DNA of 64,000 nucleotides, from positions 62,001 through 126,000 of the forward strand of contig ADNK01000313.1 of NCBI GenBank assembly GCA_000320545.1. Reading direction: 5' to 3'. Source of the stretch: Bigelowiella natans CCMP2755. Taxonomy: Eukaryota; Protista; Cercozoa. The notes below the pieces were generated by a model, which was given only the letters and a program-made list of their open reading frames with translations, had not been told where the DNA came from and made no database searches. Below, piece after piece: positions 50,939 to 64,000 of the stretch (positions are counted from its first letter, which is position 1; each line of letters begins with the position of its first letter). A program made the translations under genes and the position numbers.

Positions 50939-53264
50939 ACTGCTACTGCCGCATTACTGTCGTCTCGTTGAATGGCGTGCAAGTGCTGCGGTTGCATTGT
51001 TCCTAATTCGTCATGACTATTTTTGTGTCACTCATCATCAGGCGGTCGTGGCAGAGATCCTCTTGGTCATTTCCCTCACGGTGTTTGAAGCACGATACCG
51101 GCCATCGGCGACAGGTCTCAACTCGTGCATGTGTGTTTGCATGTGCGGTCCGTGGGTATGACTATCCTGCTGTTGCCCCCCCCGTCTGATTCCCCATGGC
51201 TATGTTCACCGCGTATCATTGCAGATCATCGGGAGGAGGAGGGAACACAAGAGGCGTTGTCCTCACTACCATCACCCTCGCTACCGCCACTACCAAAATC
51301 ATCCTCATCTCCGGCCCAGGTGCGCTTTTCACCAGCGGAGAAGGAAGAGGCTGAGGAAGACAGGAAGGGGGGGCACGCTCTGCGTTCTGCTCCTCACGGA
51401 GGTGGCGGCTGCTGCGACGACGACGACACACAACCTGACCCCAGCATGAGTTGTAGCAGCACGACTCGCAGGTGGTACCACGGGCTGGTCATCATGGCTT
51501 TCGCGATCTGCCTCTTCAAACCGGAGGTCGGTCGGTCATGTCGGTCATGTCACTCACACGCACTGCTACCACCACTCACCACTGCCACACAGATATCTCG
51601 CAGCCCGAGTAACAAGCTATCGTTGTCAGATGGTGATCTTCGGCGTCGCGTACGGCGCGCTGACCGCATGGGCCCCAAACTACAAGTGGGTGGTCATTGG
51701 CTGGGTATTCGCTAGCGCCATCTACGTGATGACGTACAGAGGGCGTCCTGCAGCGACGGGGGAGAGAACCTGGCCACTTTTTCAAAGAGTATCGCAATTG
51801 GTAGGATTTAGTACGTGGAGAGGAAGACACTAGTACTACCGTGAATCACGAACCCAACAACATGCTAGAACCCCCTCCCCATCCCACCACCACTGCTACT
51901 TCTTACAACTGTCATGCTATAGGTCTTCGACAATGTGTTTGTGCCTTACTTCGAGTTGGAGATAATCCGCGGCACACCGGAGCCCTTCGAGGTTGGGGGG
52001 GATCACAAGTACATCTTCGGTAATGCATGCATATTTAATGCTCAATGCTAGGTGACGGAATAGGGCTGGTTATGGAAGTACTGCCGTCGCCTCTTTTTGC
52101 TTCTGTGTGCATCTACATTGCGTGATAAGCACTTCCTAATCATGCCAATTGTCATCTGTAATTTTTTAGTATTATCATCACAATGGTTTTTTTTTAGCCT
52201 TCTTCCTACTCTCCCCCCCCCCCCCCACCTACCTAATCCTTCGTCTCCTCCTCCCTTCTCAGGATACCATCCCCATGGCATCATCCCGATTGCGTGCCAG
52301 TGGACTTCTCTGACCTCGAAGTGGAGCGAGAAGTTCCCCGGGCTGCAGCCCGCCGTGCTGGTGTCGACCATCGTCCACAACGTGCCGATCATGCGCGACG
52401 TGGCGCAGTGGAACGGCAGCTTCGAGGTCACGAGACATGGCTTCCTCAGCGCGCTCCGCAGCCGCGGGTCAGTCCTGCTGGTGCCGGGCGGGCAGGAGGA
52501 GATGATAGGGTCGCGGTCCGACTCCCACGACGTCCCCATCGTCACAAGCCACAGGGGCTTCATCCGACTGGCGCTGATGTCCGGTGCCAAGCTCGTCCCC
52601 GTGTACGCCTTTGGAGAGACCCAGACGTTCGATAACGTCTCCGTCCCGGCGTCGTGGCAGCGGTGGTGCGTCAAGACGTTCCGAGCCAACCTCATATGCT
52701 ACCCGTACGGCGTGGCCCCGATGCTGCCGCGCCCTCACAGGTTTACGACTGGCGGTCGGAAGGCCCATCTCTGTGCCCAGGCTGCAGCGGGAACCCTCCG
52801 AGGAGCAGCTAGCCTACTTCCATCACAAGTACTTCACGGCCCTCCGCGCCCTCTTCAATCGGTACAAACAGAGGGCGGGGAGGGGGAGGGACAAGCTCGT
52901 GTTCACACCGGCGCTCTCGCAACCGCCGCCGCCGTTCCCGAGAGGCTTCTCCGCCCCGCCCGATCTATTCGGGACAAAAGGGGACAGGAAGCAAGAGGAG
53001 GGCGATGATAGTGGCAAGCCCACCATTGCCAAGGGCAATCAGCATAACCATCAAAAGGAGGCGTCGACGGGTTCTGTCGATGAGGGCAAGAACAGCCATC
53101 AGGAAGAGGAGAAAAGAGGCCAAGGACACCACAGAAATGGAAAAGAGAGCAAAATTAAGAAAAAACCGTCCAGTGCACCGAAGCTTAACGAGTTTCTTCT
53201 CATCATGCTTATGTGCGCTGGCATTTTTGGTTCGGCCCTCCAGTTGAAGCTGTTAGGATGGTAA
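49613..53264 (+). CDS. DGAT2: Diacylglycerol acyltransferase type 2 with long multi-TM N-terminal extension; apparent 1-nt frameshift near 52745
   Basis: YIFGYHPHGIIP, LLVPGGQEEM, HRGFIRLAL...LVPVYAFGE and AVGRPI...FHHKYFTALRALFNRYK. Start approximate. Confidence 0.88.
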
Positions 53265-54222
53265 CTGATATGGTGGAATGATGTACGAAAGGATGGATAG
53301 GTGATCGCAATGAAGTATAGAAGAATGACACATGAGCACCTGATGCGCTGCAAATCGATATTGTTATGTATCGTGAGTTATGATTGTCACGCTCGGACAT
53401 TTTTTGAGATTTATCTACTCATGACATTGCTAGATTGGCTCACAACATGCACAATATGTACTAGGCTACTTGCATAGCGCCATACATGCGCACTGGTTGT
53501 TGATCCTTGTTAAATGTCTGCTTTTTGGCTAATAGGCATGTCTAGATATGTCTCTTAGCTGCGGATGCTGAAGCGATGTGCTCATGCCGTAGCAAGTATA
53601 GAATTTGCGCGCTGATTGTTGGCTTGTGGTCTATTGAAGCGTGTTACGCACATTTACAACAATGACAGCTGCAAAACTAGCTGCTATCATGCTGCATGCT
53701 TAAATGCTTGAATACAACCTCTAGTCTATGCACAATCAACCACGAGGCACGCATGAGCGAGGCGTGGCGACTGGTGAGGCTTTTAAGTTATTAGATAGGT
53801 ATATGGTTCGCGATTTCAGGGAAATTATAGAATGATCGCTTCCTAGCACTATAGACAATCTAGCAATATAAATATGATATTTGTTAGCTTCCCCCGACAC
53901 GATATATGTGGTTAGGCGATGCTTCTGTAAGTCGTATATAGCATGCCTAGATATGTATAGCTACAGGCCCTAGCGCTGATCCATGACCAGGATCTCAACA
54001 CAGGAAAGTCTCGTCTGTGCGTACGCGAAGCTATGAGCGTGCATGCGTGTGTGTGACAGGTATCTACGCTCGAGTATCAGTTGGGTTGCTTTGATCATTC
54101 TTTCCAGTCATCATTCAAACGTTAGGTATGATGTTACATGCGTCATTTACATATAAATATATATGTATATCGGAGCTGAAACGGTTCGGCGCCTTGGTCA
54201 GTTATCTTCGGTGGTAATAGGT

Positions 54223-54743
54223 TTACAACTTGTGTTTGAGGTGCGGGTTGGTATGGCCGACTTTGGCTTTTTTAATGCGCCAGATGGGTGATCCGAAGCC
54301 ACGAGCACTTGGGGCTCGTTCTCTTTGCCTTCTCTTGCTCTCTCTTTCATCACTACTGTTCACATCGCTTTGCTGTCCCCGCCTCGGTTTCCTAGCTAAT
54401 ACAATCTTGGTATCGTTTGCAGAGATTACGGACATGGAGAAACAACCCTCTTTGGGCACTGTGGTGACAGTGGTGGCGGCGGTGGTGGTAGTGCTGCTAC
54501 TGCTGTTGGTAGCTGTGCTGGGTAGTACAGCCACTGGTCCAGGGGACAAACGTCGTCCGATGAGAAAGAAGCGTTTCGAAGCGAAGTTGGAGGCACCGAA
54601 GAGAACCGCCGTGCGTAAAGAGACATGAAAATATTCGTTTTATTTCGTTACGGAGAGAAACGTAAATATGGGGAAGATATCGCCATGAGGGTGTTAAGGA
54701 ATAAAGGCGGATCTTTCCCTAATCCCCACACCCCCCTTCTCTC

Positions 54744-54787
<44 letters not shown>

Positions 54788-54935
54788 TCCCAGTTTTCGT
54801 ATTCCTTCAGCTGCTCACCGGCCCTCAGTCGCCTTGCGTGATCATACGCTCTCTGCAGCTTCACAGTTGGCACCTTCGTAAGAGTGAATACTTACAAACA
54901 TACGACACACCGTTTTCTGTTTGTGCGCGAGGGTA

Positions 54936-54973
<38 letters not shown>

Positions 54974-56270
54974 GGTTGACGCTTATTAAGATTGTTCAAT
55001 AGTAACGATTTTCCTCTCACTTGAGTCTCTCCCGCTCTTCCGTCTCCCCTGGCATATTCCTCCCTGAAAGCGAAGACGTCCTTGTCCTGCACCCACCCAA
55101 ACTGTCGATTGTCGCCGATGAATCGGACTGAGATTTTCTCCTTTCCTGCAGCAGATAAAGGTGTGCGAGTACACCACAGAGCTTTTAATGAGCTCTTGTC
55201 TACCCCCAGCTGAACCCAACATTCTATCTTCACTCTCCCTTCCCCCCCCTCCCGCCCCTCCTCGCATTGCTTCCGCCATCCATCACGTGCATGCGCTTAC
55301 CGTTTTTCCCTCTGGCATTCAGAACTTCATCGCATAGAATGTCTTCATCCCATATCTACGAACAAGAAGTACAATGAGAGAGCCAAGTAAGTGGCGAGCA
55401 ATTCCTCAATTGAGGAGTTAGATTGACCATGGGATTCGGAAGGAACAACGAAATTGCACTGAATCTCAGGAGAAAATGTAAGAGGGGGGGGGATATGGAA
55501 AAGGACGACAAAATGCTGTGGATTCTCGGAATTGTTCTACTCGCTTATACTGTATGGATTGCTTAGATCTCTCTTCGGTTTCCTTCTTCAGATATCTATC
55601 ATCACGGATATAATCTGCGCGATGGCTATACCAGCGCAGGCCACTTTATCCCTCTCCCCGCGCCGGAGCCATACTTGACAACTACGATCCTCCCCACGGA
55701 CCATACCTTCGGCATGACCCTGAATATTGATGTGGCGGCGGTGGAAAGAGATGATGATTCAAAGGGACGAACAGAATGCAGAAGCAACGCTGTACACGCG
55801 AAGATACTGACCAATCCCCAGCGAATGAACGCGTGCTTACATAGCGTAATAATGCAGAACGTCATAATCACATAAGCACCGGGAAAGGGGCGTGTGGGCA
55901 CGGCATTGTGGTGCTGCTGAGATGGTGTGAATGTACATCTTGTTTCCCGGCTCGCACGGGCTATGTGCTGGCTGCTCGGACGACTTTCGTCCTTTCTTAT
56001 CCTCCTCATTCAACACTGCGGTAGGTGTCAGCGATACCACAGCCGCCGACGCCACAGCCGCCGACGCTTTTTCTAGCATTTGGACGATATACTCGTCACG
56101 CTTCGACCTGTGGTTAAATACACACTCAATTCACGGAGTGAAAAATGTGCGCACACGCAACCACCCCCAGCGCATATGCACACAGGGAGTTGTGATCTAG
56201 GTTTGAACGGGTGATGAAGGTTTTCGAGACTGACGAATTCTCCCGGGCACCCCCATCCTCATCGTCATCG

Positions 56271-56305
<35 letters not shown>

Positions 56306-57544
56306 GGGTGTGTCCACAAGGTCATGCTCATCGTCGCGATAACGATAGCTCTGGCAAGCCAGCCCCCTCTTTTGCAGGCAGGCAGGCAGGCTACTACCCT
56401 GTAATCGCCAATGCTGCTCGGGCCCATCCGAGAGCGTCGTATTCACCTTTCCCCCATCCAGCAGTATCGTCACATGGCACGTACAGATTCAATCAGAGGA
56501 GGGAGAGGAGGAGCGCTCACGTAGCAGCAGTAGCAGCAGTAGCAGTAGCAGCAGCAGCCCGCAGCAAATAATGGCTCGACTTATAGCGGTAGTCGAAACA
56601 ATAATGGCACCTGTAACTATTGTTCCCTTTATTTTGATGGATCCTCGGCCTTTCACCGTAGGGTCCGCTCCGAGCTCCAAAAAGAATTTGATCAAGTTCG
56701 GAAACCCTCTAGCCGCAGCAAGGCAAAGGGGTGAGAAATCAGGAGCCACGTTGACGTCTGCACCCATCGTACGCACTAGATATCTGCATGGGGTGGAATG
56801 GAAGGCGGGGGTAAAAATGTGTTTGAGAGATTGACAAGTAGAGGGTATTTCGTGCGAGGAGCTCATTCTTAATATCCCGCGCTCAGTGGGGGGGGAGGTA
56901 GAAGAAGCCGGACACCTGACCCGTCAGGTCAACACTGGATGTCATATTGTGTTTGCATGTTTACCTAACACTTGCGATGATTGTGGCCTCGCTCGTGTCC
57001 CAGTTGCAAACTGTGGTCAAGAAGGTGTCGATGTGGTTGGTGTAGTTGATGAGCACGGGACCCCATCTCTTCAGAATCCTTCGCAGCTTCGCTCCTAGCT
57101 TGACCTGGCGAGCGGATTCCGCGATCGAATTCACTTCGAGCAGAGCATTTATCGTTCGCTCCACCGTCTTTTTCCCGTGGGCAAGGAAGCTCTTCTTCCC
57201 CATCATAGGGTTTCTCTCGACTAGTCGTGAAGATCGCCGTCGGCTCAAGTTGCTACTGGGCGCGGGTAGCTTAGCCGTCGCCACAGCCACTGATTCCTGC
57301 GACGTTTAGGTTAGTTCCTCGTTCAGAAAGCAGCACAAGCGTGTCGAACACATACATGCTGTCATCTCCTCACCGGTTGTGGGCCGCAAGCGATTCGTGC
57401 CGTCGCGGCCTGCCATGCTACTCCTTGATCCAAGTCTTCTCTGAGCCGCCTGCACGTGATCTCGAGCCGGCAGAGGCTGTGGACGTCAAGATACGTCGCA
57501 ATGGAAGACAACAAGCCCGGGCCCAGCGACCTCAACGTCGGCAT
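54223..57544 (-). CDS. F-box + ankyrin-repeat + PWWP-like domain protein, multi-exon
   Basis: F-box: LRSLGPGLLSSIATYLDVHSLCRLEITCRRL. Ankyrin: GADVNVAPDFSPLCLAAARGFPNLIKFFLELGADPT. PWWP-like: WSVGRIVVVKYG...KWPALV and ISVRFIGDNRQFGWV...VFAF. 3' end approximate. Confidence 0.72.
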
Positions 57545-57832
57545 GCTGCTCTACTACCCACCACCATCGACCGGTTGTTCGTTGTCGGGGTGCCCCGGCC
57601 GTCGTGTCGGAAATGGATGGCCCGTTTTGGCAGATACATTATTCTTACGATAAATCCAGTGTAAATTGCGTTCGTAATCAGCGGGAAGAGTGGCCTCTCT
57701 GCTGAACTACGCCCAGAGTCAGAATCGGGTTCATCATATCAACGTGTTACGATATACGTGGTATATTTCTCATTCGCTGCGGAGTTTTGAGATATTTTTT
57801 CGGAAGGCTGACAACTCGAGATAAGCACCGCG

Positions 57833-59567
57833 ATGGCCCTGAGACGCTGGAGCACCCATGCTCGTTTCCTCCCTGCAGGCTTCTTCCCTCGTAAATCGAC
57901 ACCGAATTCGTGGAACAGCTCCTGCTCAAACCGAATTTCGAAAGCGTTCAGTACTGATAATGGGGAGAATAAGCTGTGTATGGTCTACGGCGGCGCCGGA
58001 GGCCTCGGCTCCGGAATCGTAGACACGTTTTCGCAGGCCGGTTGGCAAACTGCGAGCGTCGATCTTATTGGGAACCAAGCGGCTGATCATTCACTTCTTA
58101 TTCCCTCTGGTGATGCATGGGGTGTTGCATCGAAGAAGATCTCTGACCAGCTCACGGTTCTGTCTTCTTCTTCTTCTTCTTCTTCTTCTTCTTCTTCTTC
58201 CGAAACTTACCGGAAATAATATCTATTCCTTGCACTCTCAATCTCCTGTATAATAGAAGATTGATTGCCTGAATCTACGCTCGTTTTTGGCCACTTTACT
58301 CACAAGCCAGCAGCTCCTCTCAAGGACATCGTATGCTAAGCACCTATTGCAAAAATGTCAGGAAATGAAAATCGTTCCGGACGTCATAGTCAACGCAGCT
58401 GGAGGATGGGGTGGAGGAAGTGTATGTGACGAGAAGGTAGTAGTCCATCTGAATTCTAAGAACATAAAATAGGGAGAGATTTACGAATATGGTGCAATGT
58501 CGACTAACTTCCGTATCGGGCGCCATTCCTAAAAATGGATTGAAATTAGATCTTCGAGACGGTGGATGTCATGCTATCCCAAAATCTTCTCTCAGCATTT
58601 GCGTCGGGTTTGTTTATCTGTGAACTACTGGCACTGAGAAAAATATGCATCGTCACGCTATGCGCAAATTACAACGCAGTTTCCTCCAACTCGGATTTGA
58701 AATACGCTAGGTTATCTTGCTAGCAACCACCTTGCAAAGAATGGACTACTAGTACTCGTTGGAGCTGCAGCGGTACGCCTTTTCTCTTTATATCGTACTA
58801 CCAGATGTTAAATGGGAAAAGCGGCTGAATGTGTGCTGTACTAAAGGTCGCTTCAGGAGGTTCCTCCAGCGGTATGGCAGGATACGCCGCGGCCAAAGCT
58901 GGTGTTCACAACCTCGTGAGCACCCTTGCGGAAGAAGGTAAAAAATAGAAAGGGATCACACCTTGCCACTCACCCGTTCAAACCACCAATCGTTGTCTTG
59001 GTTGGCAACAGAGGGATTGGGAGCTAAGGCCACTGTGATCGGAATCATGCCCAATGTCATTGATACCCCTGGAAACCGTCAAGCAATGCCGAACGCGGTG
59101 ATGTGCGATTGTCAACTATATCTCGTGTAGATTGGTTCTTCTGCTGTTGTGAGAAATGATTAGAATTGAACTATTATTATCTCCCTTTGAGACCTTATTT
59201 GCCTCAGGATCACGATAAATGGACCAAACCGAGCGTCTTTGCCAAAGCGGTGATAATAGTAAAGAAAAGAATTCAATCTGGAATTGCAATAGAGATGTAT
59301 AGGCGCATGTTGGTGGGGAGACAGACAAATGTTTCCTTTTTAAACATAGATTCTTCACTGGGCATCTGATGGATCTGCAACCGAGAAGTTTCCAAAATTA
59401 GAAAACGGTCAATTTTACACTTTTGAGGTAAATTGGCACGCTTTAAGAACTTGTCCTGCCACATGCTGAGATACATCATTTATTTTTACCAGACCCTGAA
59501 GAGCGGTAAGAGCATAGCAGACTATATTAATGGAGTCGAGACGGCGTATTTATATAAATCCGAGTAG
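57833..59567 (+). CDS. QDPR: Dihydropteridine reductase (SDR family) with N-terminal presequence, multi-exon
   Basis: VYGGAGGLGS, VNAAGGWGGGS, GMAGYAAAKAGVHNLVSTLA, MPNVIDTPGNRQAMPNA and DHDKWTKP. Confidence 0.92.
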
Positions 59568-60665
59568 ACAACCGAAGAAAAGTGTCTGTGTTACAAAAAG
59601 CAGTTCCTCTTGCAGTATATATTCGGAGCTCTCATGCATTGTCATCTTACTCTGATTGATAATATGAGGCGGTTGCCGTATGTGATTGTCACCGTCATTG
59701 TATGCAGCCTACATGATAGTCGCAATTCTACAGTTGCGGTGGCACCTGCCGACCGGACTAAAACTTGCCTGAAATCGTTTTGCGCGATGCAGCTATCATA
59801 GTCATTATGTATGTGTCAGCTAGTGGCTCTAGCCACAAGCTGCGTGTTCATGTCATTATCCGCATATAGCCATTGCACTCGTCGACTATGTGCATTATTC
59901 TACGTAGCGTGCATGCATATTCACCAGCACACCCCCCTGCACGACGACGCGCATGCTCTAGCAAGCAGTTGCGATGCACCCATCATCATCATCTTGCTAG
60001 CTAGCTAGCTAGCTGTGATGGGCTGTACTGCATCAATGCAACATATATGCATCTAGACATAGTCTATTCAAGAAGAGCTATGTATAGCTCCCCCATTATT
60101 GTAATTAGTCACCTCAATGCTAACAGCAGCCCTGCTGCTGTACGAGTTGTATTATTGGTACGGCTTCGCCATATCTAGACTAGTAGATTATAAGATATGA
60201 GAGTGTATGCCTTGATCTACGCCGTTAACGACTTACACAGCTAATACATGCACGTATGCTAGATCGTTGCGTATCTGCATCGTACGCCATTTTTTGCTAT
60301 GTATATTGTGTCGTAGTGCATGATGTTACGATCGACCCGATCTTACTTATTATACGGATATCTAAATATTCAAAGCGAACGCGCATCGTGTAGTATAGCA
60401 TTGGATATGCGAAGTATAATATATCATTTTGTTTTGTCCGCGGCCAGTATGACACAATATCAACACAGCTAGTGGCATTATTATCAGCTTAGCATCAGCA
60501 AGCAGTGAATATTTGATTTAATCTTTGTCATTTTATATTAACTACATTATTCGCGGTTCTACTGCTAGTGGTGGAATTTTTCAATATTGCATCTGATGTC
60601 CCTGCGCCAGTTCACCACTAGCAAAACTCACGCGTTTTCATTCCCTATATCCTCATCTTCCCTAT

Positions 60666-62063
60666 TTATCTATCTTTCTCCTTAAATGCTTTACTATTAT
60701 TCCTGTCCTCTCCTCCTTCAGAGATATCCCCTCCGACTTCAGGTTCAATTTCAGATTCGACATCAAGGCAGTCCTCATCCTCATCGCCATCTTGGCCGTC
60801 CTCATCGTCGTCCTCCTCGACGATCCTTTCCGAGACTATGATCTCAAAAGTGTTGGCCTCGCAACTAAATATGCACTTGCCGTCCTTTATCTCAATCGCA
60901 TCATCGACATTCCCCTCTCCATCGCCAAAGATATTAACTTTGTTACAGTGTTCTAAATGAATTCTTTCTAACGATGGAAACTTGTGCTCGTGGAATGTCT
61001 TCCAAATACCAGCGTCCAGCTTTGCAAGCGAACTCTGATATATTGTAGGGAAAACGGTATAGAAACTGTTGGAGGGAGAAATCCGATATGATGACAAAAT
61101 TTGAGTGTTTCCTACAAAATCACAGAATAACAAAGTGAAATCATGCATATCATCCCCTCTCTGGACTCACCATTTCCAGATCTTTCAGATGCTTGAGTTT
61201 CCTGAGGTGCTCCAGTGACCTATTGTCTACCTCCGTGCAATGGCTCAGCACGAGATGGCGTAGATTGGGGCAAAACTCCAAGATGTGCGCAACTCCAGTG
61301 GAGGTGAGTTTGAAACAGTAGAAGAGGTCCAAAATCTCCAGCTGCCCTCTTGATTTTTCTAAGATCAACCGTAGTGCATCATCTGTAATCTGGTTGCAGT
61401 AGCCTAACTTCAGACACGTGGTGTTTGGGAACAGCGTCTGTAGCTGCAGCATCCGCTCATTGAACTCCGGCCGCCCTACAATGTGCCAGAAGGATCCTAG
61501 ATTCAGAGTCATCAGGGAGCTAACGGATCTTTTCCAGTTCTTGCAAACCTATCACGTTACGCCGAATTTAGTAATTGTTCATTATTCAGTTGTTAATCAA
61601 TAATTAATGCTTGCTTGCAACTACTATGCCGGGGTTATGTTTCTACCCTCCGATATGTTAGCAGTTCCATAAGAGTTGATAGTTCAAACACGGGCCTCAA
61701 CCAGCTCTCCAGCCATTGATGTCGCTTACTCGCACCATCGCTACTATTCTGTTTGGCATCCAATGACAGGGCGTTCTTGTAGTAGCTTCCTCCCCCCCAA
61801 TCCACCTTCAGAGTCAGCCATTTGTCTTCTCCCCAAACTCTGATCCCCGCCTGGCGTTCATTTGTTAAGTCCATCTTACTTTTTCTGCGGCTGCCGTTCA
61901 TCTTAAAACGGGAACGAGAACGCTCTATGGGTGCTGGTATTGTATCGTGGCCTGTTACAGCTTGGTGTGGTTGCACGACGGGGTGGGGAGTTGCATGGGA
62001 GCTGGAGTCATGCTTGTAGCTACTGTGCGCGTGAGATGAGCTTGCTGTTGATTGCCGCATCAT
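60666..62063 (-). CDS. Cysteine-containing leucine-rich repeat (FBXL/AMN1-like) protein with acidic tail
   Basis: LRR_CC repeats CLKLGYCNQITDDAL, LEILDLFYCFKLTSTGV and LRHLVLSHCTEVDNRSL. At least three exons. Confidence 0.7.
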
Positions 62064-62292
62064 CCTACTATGCTCCCTGTCCAACTACGAACCCAAACTT
62101 CTCTATTATCTTAAGCAACTGTCGTTTCCGGTCGAGTATCTATCTCTGTGTATGGAGAATAGTGTTTGAGTGCTAATAGTCTTAAGATTTACGACGAGAA
62201 CATTCAAAGAACTCTCCCAGTCTACAAGATCTACTATTGACTGTATGTAGAGAGCAACTACAACATATGGTTATGTTGGTCCCAAAAACCGG

Positions 62293-62356
<64 letters not shown>

Positions 62357-63464
62357 TCACAACATCCATGCTAATCCAATTAATTCCCTCGGGAGATGGA
62401 TCAGTCAAAGTATAGTTTCTTTTTCATCGCAAAACAGCACACGTATTCTCAATCATTAAAATTCCCAAATATATTTCTCACATACATGTATTACGGTGGT
62501 CTGGACTAATATGCACCTCTACATAAATAATCTCTGAATTGTTTTTTTGATCATTCGTGCAGGAAGTAATCATTTTCCATCAGTTTTAGCTCATTTCAAA
62601 AATGGAAAACAATTGAATCTTACATATAATAAGTCCCCCTTCATCTGAAGAGGACACTTTCACAAATGGGGGCAAGGGAAGTTTGAAAGCCCATGCTTTA
62701 CTCCCTCACAACTCATTACCTGCTCGTACTTAATTTTGTTCAGATCACGCATCGCGACTGTATCATAAACTTGGTTGATATTTCCCGATAAATACACATT
62801 TATTTATTGTCGTATATATATCTATGTCCTATATTCAGCTATATATCCTCATCCGAGAAGAATCTCTGGGACCCCAACTCTCTGATTATTTATCTCAGAA
62901 TAGCAACCTAAAAAGGAAAGGATTTCGCTCGGAAAAAATGTCTGATTTCAAGGCTAGATCTAGATCTACGTCATGCTCAAAAAGTTCAAAACGCAGATGA
63001 AACTCGAAACAATCTCTCAGGGTTTCCGTTGCCAACTGGATTTTTCGAACTTCGGCGAGATTGCTTTCAATTGTCATGTGTTCGATGTAAAACCACTTCA
63101 CGACGGTGATCCCCTGCAGCCCCGGTACAAATATGTTCATATGACAGAATATGAAGAGAGACAGTTATGTTTTCATGACGAGGGTGTAAAATAGGACAAT
63201 TCTCAACATTTATTTTATTATTAAAAAATATGACTTTTAAACATGTAAACGACAATAAAATAATAAGGAGAATTTTCAAATATCCGCACTAAGTCTATAA
63301 AAATAATTCGGGCTTCGGCGATTTTGGTCTCAGACTCTATTCACCGACGCAAGGTTCCCCCACCGCAATGGCGTCTCTGCCCTTGACAAACTCTGTCAAA
63401 CTTTCCTCGAATTGTGATCAATCAGTTGACACAGAGCCCGTATTTATTATATTATTTAGGAATC

Positions 63465-63773
63465 ATGTCGGAGGGAAAGAAGCGCGTGTTCAGAAGATTC
63501 TTCTACCGTGGATACGAAGTGGAGAAGCTCCTGGACCTCCAAAATGAAGAGTTCATTGCACTCTTGCACTCGCGTGCTCGTCGCCGCTTCTCCAGATTTG
63601 GCGTCAAGACAAAGCTTGTAAACAAGATTAAAAACGCTATCAAAAAGTCTGAGCCTGGGAAGAAGCCAGAAATCATTAAAACCCACCTTCGTAACATGAT
63701 TATCGTCCCTACCATGGTCGGTGGTCTCCTTGGTGTTTACAACGGAAAGGGTTACATTCTTGTAGAAGTAAAG
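63465..63773 (+). CDS. RPS15: 40S ribosomal protein S15 (uS19), first coding exon; gene continues beyond the window
   Basis: FRRFFYRGYEVEKLLDL...RARRRFSR...IKTHLRNMIIVPTMVG...GVYNGK, followed by a GT donor at 63774. Confidence 0.96.
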
Positions 63774-64000
63774 GTAACAACCACCTATATTTATGTCTGA
63801 TGAGAACGGAAAGCAAAATATATTAAGAGAAGTTTGTCTGGGGGGTTGGGGTTTAGAAGTTAATAAGTAGTACTGGGAGCGTGCGTGACTGTGCGATTTC
63901 GAGATTTCCCGGTTTGTAGCGAGATTATAAACGTAGATATCATTTCTCTTATGAAACCATTTTTATCTTGGTTGCACTCACAGTTTTTTAAAAATTTTTG

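Noticed and set aside
52262-52980. GC-rich, TpA-poor DGAT2 exon as another hypermutated block
   Set aside because: Tyr codons (TAC) and catalytic motifs are intact; this is ordinary GC3-rich codon usage.

Overview
Intron-rich eukaryotic nuclear DNA, with introns full of microsatellites. Several genes have signal-peptide plus transit-peptide-like leaders, which suggests a secondary-plastid alga such as a chlorarachniophyte (inference only). Recognisable host genes in order: unknown acidic protein (-), Rubisco/aldolase LSMT-type SET methyltransferase (-), PFKFB (+), DedA/VTT (-), small membrane protein (+), intronless prolyl 4-hydroxylase (+), STI1/HOP (-), Mn-CDF/MTP transporter (+), FHA + CHD-like SANT/SLIDE protein (-), DGAT2 (+), F-box/ankyrin/PWWP protein (-), dihydropteridine reductase (+), LRR protein (-) and the start of RPS15 (+). 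A structurally complete DIRS-type tyrosine-recombinase retrotransposon (3409-7834; ITRs, ICR, gag, RT/RNaseH, MT remnant, YR) carries an internal 1.2 kb inversion. The main signal is that this element, its left flank and three other intergenic blocks have lost almost all TpA dinucleotides through TA->TG and TA->CA changes on both strands. I counted about 8 TpA in 4.4 kb, and conserved Tyr residues read Cys or His (e.g. RT YVDD->HVDD). Neighbouring genes and intronic (TA)n tracts are untouched. This looks like a repeat-targeted A-to-G hypermutation (an inverse RIP) acting as genome defence. All calls come from reading the sequence by eye; exon boundaries and gene ends are approximate.
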